Below, one piece after another: positions 1 to 9,390 of a DNA stretch of 64,000 bases. Position numbers and translations under genes: made by a program. Each line of letters opens with the position of its first letter. The stretch's first letter is position 1. The notes under the pieces are model-generated. The model had not been told where the DNA came from and made no database searches. It saw only the letters and a program-made list of their open reading frames with translations. The stretch covers positions 17,253 to 81,252 of the forward strand of contig JAFSCX010000045.1 in assembly GCA_017436525.1 (NCBI GenBank), given 5' to 3'. The stretch comes from Clostridia bacterium. Lineage in GTDB: Bacteria; Bacillota; Clostridia; Oscillospirales; QAKW01.

Positions 1-2009
1 CCCAATTTAATGGTATCAAAAGTTACATTTTTGATGGAGCTGGTTGCAGAAGCATTAAAGAAACCGATTTTCCGGTCTTTATCTCCCTGGGGCAATTCCT
101 TGGTCCAATTTTTGATGGTATGATTCAAGCCATCAAATTTGAAGGCTGCCTCTTTGCCGAAACCGCTGAAATCCACGCCGGTCATATCAAGATCGGCGCC
201 CAGATAAAGGGTCTGCTCTGCTGCAAAGTTGCTTTCATTGCGCTTGGCATAGAGAAGATCTTCCACATTCATGATCACATAGCCTGGGAAATCGGGAAAT
301 TCATCTGCTTTCGTTACAGAAGGAAGATCGGTAGCTTCCACATAGCCCCATTCATTCAGCTCTTTGGTAAGGAGCTGGAGCTCTGCCAAGGTTGCGCCGG
401 AATCATCCTTTACTGCCGCTTCGGCCTCTGCAATCTTTTCAGCAAGGCCTTCTTTATAGTATTTCAGGTCTTTTCCATTATAGCGCCTCAATGCGATTCT
501 CAATTCAGAGCGAGCCACAACAAGGTCATTGACCTCTACCTCAAAAAGAAGATCGCCGGCATCCGAAGGAATGGTATAAACGGGGCCGGTCAACTCATTT
601 CCATTGAGATAGAACTTTGCACCATCATCGCCATCTACAAAGAGCTGAACATCTGTGCCGCCCTCTCTATATTGGGTCTGGAAGATGGTGCCGTTGCTGC
701 GGGATTTGAAATCCGCTCTGCGCATGGATTTTTCTTTGCTCTCTGCCTTTATCAAATTATTAGCAGAATCGATAGTCCAATAAAAATCGGTATTGCCGGA
801 GGCCGTCTTGCTCAGCGCCCAAGCCGCCTCCCCTGCAACGTCTTCGCCCGATGCATCAAGCGAAAGATTGGCGTTGCCTTTTGCAACCACCTTCAAGGGA
901 GCATCGCAATAAAGCTTCTCGCCGGTGGTCTTCGTACCATCGCCCAGCAGATAAACACCATTCGTGATCTCGTTGATCTGCGGCTCATTCGATCCGCTCA
1001 CTTTAACCGTTTCAATCACCTTATTGCCAAGGGCTGCGATTCCCTCTAAGGTGGTGCTGCTTTCCGCTCTGCCGATCAAAGCAGCGGCTTTATTGGGCGC
1101 TTTGGCGACATCGATCGTATTGCCTATCAAAGCAATGTTGCGCAGATTGGCAGTGCCGGCCTCTACAGTACCCACAACCAAGCCGTTGCTGAATTCTTTA
1201 CCGGTTTTAACAGGATAAAGGGTGTTTCCTTCAAGAAGGCAGTTGCTGATGTTATAGGTCATCGATCCGTGAATCTTCCCGACGAGGAATCCTGCATGAT
1301 CCTTTCCGGCCGTCAGCTTTGAATTCTTAACAGTGATATTACTGATAGCGGCCACAGCGCTGGCGCCTGTTACTGCGTAACGGGAAAGCAGCATGCCGAT
1401 CGCTTCCCACCCACCGCTGGTTAATACAGAGCATCCGTCGAAGGAGATATGATCCATGGTAAAATTGGTAGGCAAGCCGATATAACCGGCATTCGTACAA
1501 CCTACAGCGTACACCAATGCAGCGCTGGTGGCACCGGCCTTAGTATGGCAATTTTCGAACTTCACATTTTTAATGAAATTCATGCCGCCGTCGGTAGTTG
1601 TACCCACAACCACATTATCGCTCACATAGAACATCGCTCTTGTACTGATGGGAGCCTCTTCGCTACCCCAATTCTTGATGGTATGGCCATGGCCATCCAA
1701 AGAGAAGGCGGGGTCGGTAAAGCCTTTGAAATCCTTTGCGACATCCTGACTAAGATCGATATCAGCGCCCAGATGGATGGTAATGTTGGGTTTTCTGAAA
1801 ACCTCAAGATTATTGTAGAGATACATCCAATCATCTGTGCTGTTAATCTGATAATCATCAAGGGATGCTTCCGTGCCCGCGCCTGCATCCTGAATCGACG
1901 TATAATTAGGAGCTTCTGCTGCTGCAGGCAGGCAGAATACTGCCATCGAAGAGATTATCATACAGATTGTAGCGATCATGGAGATCATCCGTATTTTCTT
2001 TGTGAACAT
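1..2009 (-). CDS. large secreted cell-surface repeat protein, N-terminal ~669 aa only (3' end lies beyond the window); paralog of 2212..7062
   Basis: Hand translation of the minus strand from ATG 2009 (AGGAGG 10 nt upstream) gives MFTKKIRMISMIATICMIISSMAVFCLPAAAAEAPNYTSIQDAG... The signal peptide follows the same design as the neighbouring gene. The frame stays open to position 1 (...FNASATSSIKNVTFDTIKLG). It has repeated F.DG..HTIKNW modules. Plus-strand ORFs 120..1049 and 1449..2138 are its antisense shadows. Confidence 0.7.
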   Translation of the reverse strand, partial: MFTKKIRMISMIATICMIISSMAVFCLPAAAEAPNYTSIQDAGAGTEASLDDYQINSTDDWMYLYNNLEVFRKPNITIHLGADIDLSQDVAKDFKGFTDPAFSLDGHGHTIKNWGSEEAPISTRAMFYVSDNVVVGTTTDGGMNFIKNVKFENCHTKAGATSAALVYAVGCTNAGYIGLPTNFTMDHISFDGCSVLTSGGWEAIGMLLSRYAVTGASAVAAISNITVKNSKLTAGKDHAGFLVGKIHGSMTYNISNCLLEGNTLYPVKTGKEFSNGLVVGTVEAGTANLRNIALIGNTIDVAKAPNKAAALIGRAESSTTLEGIAALGNKVIETVKVSGSNEPQINEITNGVYLLGDGTKTTGEKLYCDAPLKVVAKGNANLSLDASGEDVAGEAAWALSKTASGNTDFYWTIDSANNLIKAESKEKSMRRADFKSRSNGTIFQTQYREGGTDVQLFVDGDDGAKFYLNGNELTGPVYTIPSDAGDLLFEVEVNDLVVARSELRIALRRYNGKDLKYYKEGLAEKIAEAEAAVKDDSGATLAELQLLTKELNEWGYVEATDLPSVTKADEFPDFPGYVIMNVEDLLYAKRNESNFAAEQTLYLGADLDMTGVDFSGFGKEAAFKFDGLNHTIKNWTKELPQGDKDRKIGFFNASATSSIKNVTFDTIKL

Positions 2010-2087
2010 CTTTCATGTTCCTCCTTCGCAGATGTTATAATCATTCGAAAAGGCCATACTGACCTCAAGAGATTATTATACAAGGAT

Positions 2088-2151
2088 ATTGTATCATATA
2101 AATATAAGAAAAGAAACCACCTTATGTTGTTTTTTTAGCACTATTTGTGAA
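2088..2151 (-). promoter_or_regulatory. putative promoter region of surface-protein gene 1: extended -10 TGATACAAT (2096..2088) plus conserved upstream box (2151..2115)
   Basis: A 37-nt box, TTCACAAATAGTGCTAAAAAAACAACATAAGGTGGTT on the minus strand, is identical to 7210..7174. It sits the same distance (142-148 nt) upstream of the paralogous start codon. A TGnTACAAT motif lies about 20 nt downstream of it in both copies. Confidence 0.4.
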
Positions 2152-2166
2152 TTTTTCATAATTAAA

Positions 2167-2190
2167 AGAGTGTGCCTGCAGGCACACTCT
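2167..2190 (-). terminator. rho-independent terminator after surface-protein gene 2
   Basis: Perfect hairpin AGAGTGTGCC-TGCA-GGCACACTCT, flanked by A-run and T-run, 22 nt after the stop at 2212. Confidence 0.7.
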
Positions 2191-2211
2191 TTTATTGCTT
2201 TTTTGCTTAAT

Positions 2212-5200
2212 TTATTTGCGCAGAAGCTGCTGCAATACCCAGGTTGCATCTGCAACGGTATATTGGCCATCGGATCCAAATGCACCGATCGTATCGTTCC
2301 ATACATCGGCAGCTTCATGCAAGGTAATATTCTCGCCGTTGGCTTTCCGAAGTATGCGGATTACATCGGCAAGGGTTACATTCTTATCGCCATTGGCGTC
2401 GCCCCAAGCATAGGCTGCCACATCGATCAGATTGACCCCGCCATCGAAAGAAATGACCTCAACATTCATCGAGCCATTCAGAATGGCGGAAGAATCATAG
2501 GGGCTTACAGTCATTACGCTCTTGCCGGCAGGAGCATTCTTTGCCACCTTGAAGGGAAGGGTTGCAAAATCACCCATGCCTTCCTCAATATTTTCCGCCC
2601 AGATAAAGGCAATCTTCAATTCACCCGGGTCATCACCGACCACCTTAATCTCATAGCCGGTTGCAACTGTGTTTTCATCATCAAAATCAAAGATCGCAGA
2701 ATCATATTCAATCTTCATGACCAAGGCGTTGCCGGGGGCGACGGGAATTCCTTTCAGATTCACCTTCACCTCTACCTGCTCACCGGCATGAACCAAAGGA
2801 GCAGAAAGGGTAACGGCTGCGCCGGTGAGTGCGGGAATCTCTCTGCTATTAAATCTTCCGCAAACACACTCTTGGCGCTCCTCACCTTTCACATCAAGGG
2901 CTGGTGCTTTTACAATTTCCCATGGACCGAAGGTACAGGAATCAAAGGTATCGCTGCCGCAACGGATGCAATAATGGCGATGCTCCAGCTTTTCATCAGC
3001 TAAGGAATAGCTATATTCGCAATTCTCAACCATACCGGAACCGCAAATACACTTAATAAGATGGCTGCCGTTATCCAATTTCTCTACCTGCGTATATTGG
3101 CATTTCTCTGTAAATTCTCTGCCGCAAGCGCAGTTTTCGGCATGGGTGCCATTCCCATGATCTGCCCATTCGCCATCATGGGTGCAAAGAACCGCTTCTT
3201 CGCCCTTCTTGCAAGCGGAGCAGAACCAGCTATGGGTGGAACCATCCTCATTCATTGTATAGGTAAGGGTGCCGGTATGTCTGCAGTCTACGGAAACAGC
3301 AATTTCCACATCGGTGCCCTGCATGGTCAGGATATGATTGAATTCGCCGCTGACCAAGGCCGATCCGCTTACAACTTCAATATCGGAAATATCGTAATTA
3401 TCAACCAACACCTCAAAAGCGGCATCTCCGTTGACATATCTCTCTTCCAACGTCTCCCCGCCCAGGGTGATGGTCAGCCTGCGTACTGCATTGTCTTTAT
3501 TACCGAATACCGTCATGCCTTCCTCGTTCATGGTCCAATAAACGGGAGCTAAATCGCCATGACGATAAAAATCATTGTTCATGGTATAAGCCATGAAGCC
3601 ATTATCATATTTCCGCCGAGCAAAAGAATGGGTTCTGCTGCACTCTACGATCGCAGCAGAAGGATGGCTTGCATAGCCATAGATCAAGTGCGTACCGATC
3701 GAATAAGTGTTTTGATAGGGAGTGCTTGCAGCCGTGGTCTGGCTCTGATAGCTGCCGCCCTGGCCGATGGCTGTATTATAGCCGGCAGAAGAGCCGGAAG
3801 CCAGCAGGTTATAGCAATTATAGAACCGACCGCCGCCGTTGGAAGCATAGGCGTTCAGGCCATGAACATACTCTTCATTACCGGATACGACACCGATATT
3901 ATAGCAACCATAAAGAATACCTGCACCGCGGCCCACAATACCGCCGATACGGGATCTTGCGCCCTTATTGCTTGCATTGACCGTAAGACCGTTCCAGCAA
4001 TTTGCAATCAAAGAGCCGCTATCGGCAACGCCCGCAAAAGCACCGATACCCTGATCCTGAGAGCAAACGTCTTTGATGTTAACCGTTCCGCTGGCAAGAC
4101 CAATATTCTGAATGACACCGGTGCCTAAGTGGGCCACCAAGCCAAAGCTATTATCGAAAACGGTAGTGCCGCTTTCTGTTGAGCCGAAGCCGTTGGGGTC
4201 TGTTTGGGTTATATTAAAGTTATAGAAATTATAACCATGGCCATCTACCAGACCGTTGAAGGTAGCGCCGTAAGCCAAGGGCCATACAGCCTCATTTTCC
4301 ATATCAATGTCCCCGGCCAGATGCAGCCGCAAAGCAGCAACATCCCGAGGCACCATCTCAGTGGCATAAATCCAATCTTCCTTGCTGCTGATCAGCCAAT
4401 CGGTGAAATGATAATCTGCCAATTCTTTATAGCGGGAAATGGAAGGCAGATAGGGATATTCTGCAGAAAGTTTGCCGTTGCCGATCGCCTCTTTTACAAT
4501 GTTGAAGGCGGCAACTGCCTCATAAATCGCAACGCACTTTTCATCATCACTCGCTACATTTTGAATCTTTACCAATGCATTGCGCAAATTCTCAATGCTT
4601 TCGCCGCCTGCTTCTCCGAAGGTATCCACCAAATCCTCCGCCTCGCCCAGATGGGAAGGATCGGGGCTCACCATGGAGTAGTTTACAGTGGTATAATCTT
4701 TATCCAAGACAACAACATCGGGAGTTTCGTTATCCAGCTCATATCCCGGCAATTTGGGCAACTCGCTCAGCTGATAAGAATCATTTTTATAGCGATAGAG
4801 GCGTTCGGGGGCACCATAAATCTCCCGCCCTCTGCCGAGGCCGGAAAAATCGTCCACATATCTTTGAAGCAGAAGCACAACCGGCTTCTCGCTCTCATCA
4901 AAGGAACGGGTCAATTTCGTCTTACCGTTCTTTCCGATGGTCCAGAATGCACCGTCATCCTCGCCCAGTTTCTGAGCGCTTTCGTTCATCTGATGAGCAA
5001 TTTCGATCTTATGGAAATCCTCAGAGGGAATGCGAAGCTGAAGCTCATCCTTTACCATCGGATTGTTTGCCTCGGTATTCGCCACTTTGCTTCCCTCGGG
5101 CGCAATCCAGAATACATTTTCATACTTTGAGGCGGTTACAGTTGCATTGGAAGAGCCAATTGCGCGCGCCACATAAAAAGCGTCATCGTGAACATAGGTT

Positions 5201-7062
5201 GCGGTCGCTTCACACCAGCTGTTCTTTATGGTCAAGGTATTGCCCCAATGGCGGCCGACCAAGCCGGCATTATTATTGTCGTTTGCGGCAGATTTGGCCA
5301 TAATCCAAATCTTACCGGTAGCCGTTACATCATGGAGATACGTGCTGCCGCTCACACGCTCAACCACCAAGGAGGGATAGGTATATCCCCCGGTGGCTAC
5401 TGCTTTATAATATTGATCATAGCAGGCCTCTGCATTCTCCAAAGAGAGGTTTTTCAAAGAGCCGCCGTTGATCTCGCAGATCAATCCGCCCATGGCATTG
5501 GCTTCGACGGCAGGAAGATAGGCATAGCTCTTCCAGTTATATAGGGTGTGGTTCTTACCGTCGATATTATAATCTACAATGGTATTGGCGCCGATAGGCA
5601 CATAATAATCAACGTCGATAAGAGTGAGGTCATTCATATCCACATTATCGATAAATTGAACTTCCGCTACGCCGAAATTGCTGCTGAGGGCATTGAAGGA
5701 AGAAAAGAGCCCAAAGATAAAGAGATCATCCGCGCTTGCAATTTCCAAAGCCTCGCCGCTGAAATTCAGCACGCCGTTTTTACGGGCAGCTGCGGAAATC
5801 CGGCCAAAAAGGGCATTTTCCTTTGCCCAATCATTGCCCACTACATTCTTTGCATCGGCAGCAGGCAGCCGCTTGGCTACTACTGCATCATCCTTGATAT
5901 AAGTCAATACGGGATAGCCGGCTTCGGAATATTCATATGCCACGCTATACCCATCGGTTTGAGGATCGGAGGAAATATCTTTATTCAGCTTTTTATGGAG
6001 CTCGGAGAATTCTTCAGCAGTAAAGGAGGTAGCGCCGTCGAATGCATTTTCTGCCACAGGGCCGTCTTTCAATGCCCCATCCTTTTCCCAGCCGGGCTTG
6101 CCGATGGTATCAAGGTAGAAGTTGTTGGCACTGGTTTTGGGGATCGCCACTGCTTCCTCTTCGTCGGTCTCTTCATCTGCTTTGATCTGAACCCGCAAAA
6201 TTGCGCCGAAATAATCGGCAGAGGAGGAATCAAGGCCTTTGAAGCCATCGATCAAAGTACCCGCACTGTAGCTATTGGCAATCTGAAGGGTGCACTCTTC
6301 TTCCTGATCACCGCGCACCAGACCAACCAAACCTGCCGCGGCATTTTTATAGTTATAAACCAGCCCCAGATTGTAGCAATTGGTAAGAGTAGCCTTTCCG
6401 TCCAGCACAGTGCCGACCAAGCCGCCTGCTGCATCTCCGCCGCCACCGATGACCGTGGCTGCATTCCAGCAGTTGATCAGCTTGGTATCGCCATGGGCAA
6501 GGCCTACAACCGAGCCGGTGCGATCTGCGCCTACAATAAGACCGCTTGCAATACCTACATTCTTGATGGTGGCATTATAGCAGTTGCCGAAAAGGCCTAC
6601 GCCATAGGAAGAACCAAGATACATGTAAAGATTTGTGAAAACAAACCCATTCCCGTCGAATGTACCGCGGAAGGTATAAAAATCTTCATTGTATGTCAGC
6701 GCAGCATTTGCAGCACTATCAATGTCGTTGAGAGAAACGGCGCCGATTCCTGCAAAGGGCGTGCCGCTCATATCAATATCTTTGGCCATGGTGAAGGAGT
6801 AGCCTTCCATTTTGGTTTTTCTGGCCACCTGCTTCGCGATAATATCCATCCCTTTACGGTCGGTTACTTTATACGCTTTGATACTGCCCTTAAAACCGTC
6901 CCCGATATCAGGCAACGCCGATACATCGACAAGGCCTTTTTCGGGCACGATCTCATCATAGTTGCTTTCTGCGGCTGCAGGCAGGCAGAAGCTTGCCATC
7001 AGCGAAAGAAGCATACATACAATGGCGATAGCGGAAATCACCCGCGTCTTCTTTGTGAACAT
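2212..7062 (-). CDS. giant secreted surface protein (1616 aa) with GLUG-like repeats, a Cys/His-rich repeat region, a cohesin-like module and a C-terminal dockerin-like module
   Basis: ORF 2212..7107, trimmed to ATG 7062 (MFTKKTRVISAIAIVCMLLSLMASFCLPAAA signal peptide; AGGAGG 10 nt upstream). It carries G-L-x-G repeats (GGLVGTV, AGLVGLVRG, NAGLVGRHWG, IGGIVGRGAG). The cohesin-like segment is AVTLSAPLVHAGEQVEVKVNLKGIP...FKVAKNAPAGKSV (about 2422..2820). The dockerin-like pair is GDANGDKNVTLADVIRILRK and SDGQYTVADATWVLQQLL (about 2215..2421). Confidence 0.85.
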   Translation of the reverse strand: MFTKKTRVISAIAIVCMLLSLMASFCLPAAAESNYDEIVPEKGLVDVSALPDIGDGFKGSIKAYKVTDRKGMDIIAKQVARKTKMEGYSFTMAKDIDMSGTPFAGIGAVSLNDIDSAANAALTYNEDFYTFRGTFDGNGFVFTNLYMYLGSSYGVGLFGNCYNATIKNVGIASGLIVGADRTGSVVGLAHGDTKLINCWNAATVIGGGGDAAGGLVGTVLDGKATLTNCYNLGLVYNYKNAAAGLVGLVRGDQEEECTLQIANSYSAGTLIDGFKGLDSSSADYFGAILRVQIKADEETDEEEAVAIPKTSANNFYLDTIGKPGWEKDGALKDGPVAENAFDGATSFTAEEFSELHKKLNKDISSDPQTDGYSVAYEYSEAGYPVLTYIKDDAVVAKRLPAADAKNVVGNDWAKENALFGRISAAARKNGVLNFSGEALEIASADDLFIFGLFSSFNALSSNFGVAEVQFIDNVDMNDLTLIDVDYYVPIGANTIVDYNIDGKNHTLYNWKSYAYLPAVEANAMGGLICEINGGSLKNLSLENAEACYDQYYKAVATGGYTYPSLVVERVSGSTYLHDVTATGKIWIMAKSAANDNNNAGLVGRHWGNTLTIKNSWCEATATYVHDDAFYVARAIGSSNATVTASKYENVFWIAPEGSKVANTEANNPMVKDELQLRIPSEDFHKIEIAHQMNESAQKLGEDDGAFWTIGKNGKTKLTRSFDESEKPVVLLLQRYVDDFSGLGRGREIYGAPERLYRYKNDSYQLSELPKLPGYELDNETPDVVVLDKDYTTVNYSMVSPDPSHLGEAEDLVDTFGEAGGESIENLRNALVKIQNVASDDEKCVAIYEAVAAFNIVKEAIGNGKLSAEYPYLPSISRYKELADYHFTDWLISSKEDWIYATEMVPRDVAALRLHLAGDIDMENEAVWPLAYGATFNGLVDGHGYNFYNFNITQTDPNGFGSTESGTTVFDNSFGLVAHLGTGVIQNIGLASGTVNIKDVCSQDQGIGAFAGVADSGSLIANCWNGLTVNASNKGARSRIGGIVGRGAGILYGCYNIGVVSGNEEYVHGLNAYASNGGGRFYNCYNLLASGSSAGYNTAIGQGGSYQSQTTAASTPYQNTYSIGTHLIYGYASHPSAAIVECSRTHSFARRKYDNGFMAYTMNNDFYRHGDLAPVYWTMNEEGMTVFGNKDNAVRRLTITLGGETLEERYVNGDAAFEVLVDNYDISDIEVVSGSALVSGEFNHILTMQGTDVEIAVSVDCRHTGTLTYTMNEDGSTHSWFCSACKKGEEAVLCTHDGEWADHGNGTHAENCACGREFTEKCQYTQVEKLDNGSHLIKCICGSGMVENCEYSYSLADEKLEHRHYCIRCGSDTFDSCTFGPWEIVKAPALDVKGEERQECVCGRFNSREIPALTGAAVTLSAPLVHAGEQVEVKVNLKGIPVAPGNALVMKIEYDSAIFDFDDENTVATGYEIKVVGDDPGELKIAFIWAENIEEGMGDFATLPFKVAKNAPAGKSVMTVSPYDSSAILNGSMNVEVISFDGGVNLIDVAAYAWGDANGDKNVTLADVIRILRKANGENITLHEAADVWNDTIGAFGSDGQYTVADATWVLQQLLRK

Positions 7063-7146
7063 ATTTGCTGTTCCTCCTTTATAACTTGCCCCACCAAATA
7101 AGGGCATAAAACCCTAATAGATATAATGAGACTATTATTCGATGAT

Positions 7147-7210
7147 ATTGTAACACACCAAGAAAAGAAAATAAACCACCTTATGTTGTTTTTTTAGCAC
7201 TATTTGTGAA
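7147..7210 (-). promoter_or_regulatory. putative promoter region of surface-protein gene 2: extended -10 TGTTACAAT (7155..7147) plus conserved upstream box (7210..7174)
   Basis: Second copy of the 37-nt box seen at 2115..2151, with the same geometry relative to the -10 and the ATG. Confidence 0.4.
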
Positions 7211-7234
7211 ATCTTTCTATTTATAATAAAAGAA

Positions 7235-7263
7235 TTCCCCGCCGCTCTTTGAGCGGCGGGGAA
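7235..7263 (-). terminator. rho-independent terminator after galM
   Basis: Hairpin TTCCCCGCCGCTC-TTT-GAGCGGCGGGGAA, followed on the minus strand by TTCTTTTATTAT. Confidence 0.7.
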
Positions 7264-7268
7264 TGAAA

Positions 7269-8267
7269 TCATTTAGAGAAAATATATTCCGTTACAGACT
7301 TAAATTCCGCTCCCGCTTTTAAGGTTGCGGAAGGGAAAGCGGGATGATTGGGAGAATCGGGATAGAATTGAGTCTCCAGGCAAACACCGGAATGTTTGCC
7401 GATGGGCGCATTTTTCCCTGCGCGATCGCCGGTGCAATTACCGGTATAGATCTGCACACCGGGCAGATCGGTGCGGCAGGTCATGGAGATGCCGGTATCA
7501 GGGGAGGTAAGGACCACCGCTTCCCGAAGTCCTTCGCCGTCCACGCAAAAATTATGATCATAGCCCGCACCCTTGGCCAGCTGCTCATCGGCAGCATCGA
7601 TATCCTTGCCGATGGGCTTTGCCATGCGAAAATCAAAGGGTGTGCCCTCCACGGACCGCAGCTCGCCGAAGGGGATCAGCAGATCATCCATGGGCGTAAA
7701 CGCGGAGGCATTGACCTTCATCAAATGATTTAAGATGGGGGCGCCGGTCTCGCCGTTGAGATTGAAATAGCAATGATTGGTAGGATTAAAGACCGTATCC
7801 CGATCGCTCTTGGCTTCATAGGTCAGCCGCAGGGTATCCTCCTCTACCGTAAAGATCACCGCAATCTCCATATTGCCGGGATAGCCCTCTTCTCCATGGG
7901 CCAATGTATTAGTCATGCGAAGGGCATTCTTCCCTGCCGCTTCTGCCTTCCAGATCTTATGAGAGAGGCCGATCCTGCCGCCGTGAAGATGGCCTCTGCC
8001 CTCTTCATTACAGCCCACATCATATTCCACCCCGTTTAAGGTGAATTTACCGCCTGCGATTCGATTGGCATAGCGGCCGACCGTAGCGCCAAGATAGCCA
8101 TCATTGGTCTCATATTCCTCTAAAGTATTATAGCCAAGCGCTACATCAACACCCTTATAGCGGATGGATTGAAGGGTGGCGCCGAAGGTCAGCACCGTAA
8201 CGCTCAGATCCCCGTTGGTAATGGTATAGGCCTCTGCGCTGCCGAAAATTCTCTTTTCAATGCTCAT
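7269..8267 (-). CDS. galM: aldose 1-epimerase (galactose mutarotase)
   Basis: MSIEKRIFGSAEAYTITNGDLSVTVLTFGATLQSIRYKGVDVALGYNTLEEYE...GRYANRIAGGKFTLNGVEY...HLHGG is the typical mutarotase pattern. Start trimmed to ATG 8267, which has an AAGGAG RBS. Confidence 0.85.
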   Translation of the reverse strand: MSIEKRIFGSAEAYTITNGDLSVTVLTFGATLQSIRYKGVDVALGYNTLEEYETNDGYLGATVGRYANRIAGGKFTLNGVEYDVGCNEEGRGHLHGGRIGLSHKIWKAEAAGKNALRMTNTLAHGEEGYPGNMEIAVIFTVEEDTLRLTYEAKSDRDTVFNPTNHCYFNLNGETGAPILNHLMKVNASAFTPMDDLLIPFGELRSVEGTPFDFRMAKPIGKDIDAADEQLAKGAGYDHNFCVDGEGLREAVVLTSPDTGISMTCRTDLPGVQIYTGNCTGDRAGKNAPIGKHSGVCLETQFYPDSPNHPAFPSATLKAGAEFKSVTEYIFSK

Positions 8268-8283
8268 TTTTCTTTTCTCCTTT

Positions 8284-8940
8284 TTATTCCAATGCCCAAT
8301 CAATGGGCTTATTCAAAAATTCATTGGCCGCCTTAAAATGCCCGCAGCCGAAAAAGCCATTGTAGGCCGATAGGGGGCTGGGGTGTGCCGCCTCTAAAAT
8401 CAGATGGCGGGGATTTTGAATCAGCGCCTTCTTTGCTCTGGCATGGCTGCCCCAAAGGAAAAATACGATTGGCTCGGGGCGGCAATCCAAAAGCTCTATG
8501 ATCCGATCGGTCAGATTTTCCCAGCCCTTTCCCCGATGGGAGGCGGGAGCCCCCGCCCGCACGGTAAGCACCGTGTTGAGAAGAAGCACCCCTTCCTCGG
8601 CCCATTTGGCAAGATAGCCATGGGAGGGAGGCTTGATTCCAAGCTCCGCTTCCAATTCTTTATAAATATTTTTCAGAGAGGGAGGCGGCTCGACCCCTTT
8701 TTGCACTGAAAAGCACATCCCATGGGCCTGATTGGGGCCATGATAAGGGTCCTGCCCCAAAATCACCGCCTTCACCTTTTCATAAGGGGTAGCCTTCAGC
8801 GCATTAAAGATCTCGCCCATGGGCGGATAGACCACATTGGTTTGATATTCTCTTTTCAGAAATTCTCTCAGCTGCAGATAATAATCCGCCGAAAATTGAT
8901 CGGCAAGAAGCGCATCCCAGCTATTCCCCAGCGAGACCAT
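8284..8940 (-). CDS. ung: uracil-DNA glycosylase, family 1
   Basis: [20 protein letters not shown] and HPSPLSA motifs. ATG 8940 overlaps the TGA of the upstream gene (TGATG). Confidence 0.9.
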   Translation of the reverse strand: MVSLGNSWDALLADQFSADYYLQLREFLKREYQTNVVYPPMGEIFNALKATPYEKVKAVILGQDPYHGPNQAHGMCFSVQKGVEPPPSLKNIYKELEAELGIKPPSHGYLAKWAEEGVLLLNTVLTVRAGAPASHRGKGWENLTDRIIELLDCRPEPIVFFLWGSHARAKKALIQNPRHLILEAAHPSPLSAYNGFFGCGHFKAANEFLNKPIDWALE

Positions 8941-9272
8941 CAAGCCACCTCCTCATTTAATCGCACATATATTATGCAAACGATATACCCGATCACCGTC
9001 CACCCCGCAAGGAGATTCCAAGCGGTAAGCCCTTTTCGCTTCTTCATGCGTTTGCGATGGGCAAAAAAGGCGGGGAGCGTATAAAGCGGCATCAGCGCCG
9101 CAAGGCCGAAAATAAAAGTGGCATAGCCAAACGGAGGGCTCATCCCTTCCAGGCCGGTATTGAGGCTGAAAAAGCTGACCACCAGCGCCATGCCGCCTGT
9201 GGCGATCGCGAAGGCCCAAAGAATCTTCCAAAAGCTGCAGATGGGATTTTCTTTTGCCTTTAATTTTTCCAT
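8940..9272 (-). CDS. small membrane protein, superinfection-immunity (Imm_superinfect)-like family
   Basis: 110 aa with 3 predicted TM segments. C-terminal [39 protein letters not shown] matches the Y.LP..A.R....NLL.GWT.iG pattern of that family as I recall it. GGAGG RBS. Confidence 0.5.
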   Translation of the reverse strand: MEKLKAKENPICSFWKILWAFAIATGGMALVVSFFSLNTGLEGMSPPFGYATFIFGLAALMPLYTLPAFFAHRKRMKKRKGLTAWNLLAGWTVIGYIVCIIYVRLNEEVA

Positions 9273-9330
9273 ACACGCGCCTCCTCCGAACTTTTACCCT
9301 CATTGTAACACACTATTTACAAAAATTCCA

Positions 9331-9358
9331 TTGAAATTTCCATAAAAGGGCATATAAT
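9331..9358 (+). promoter_or_regulatory. sigma-A type promoter for the lipid kinase gene
   Basis: TTGAAA, 16-nt spacer, TATAAT, 33 nt upstream of the start at 9391. Confidence 0.5.
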
Positions 9359-9390
9359 AGAGATAGAATGACATTGGAGGTGTTGAACAA

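Noticed and set aside
1909-2016. A 35-aa minus-strand uORF (MKDVHKENTDDLHDRYNLYDNLFDGSILPACSSRSS) starting 3 nt after the RBS of surface-protein gene 1.
   Set aside because: It is out of frame with the signal-peptide ORF. The paralogous gene 2 has the same 10-nt RBS-to-ATG spacing without such a uORF, so the MFTKK start is preferred.
5548-7101. Long plus-strand ORF (517 aa), with similar ones at 120..1049, 2089..3003, 4204..5130 and 1449..2138, lying opposite the giant surface-protein genes.
   Set aside because: Their compositions are Ile/Gly/Ala/Cys-rich and nonsense-like, with no RBS. They lie entirely antisense to ORFs that have clear signal peptides, domains and RBSs. They are shadow ORFs.
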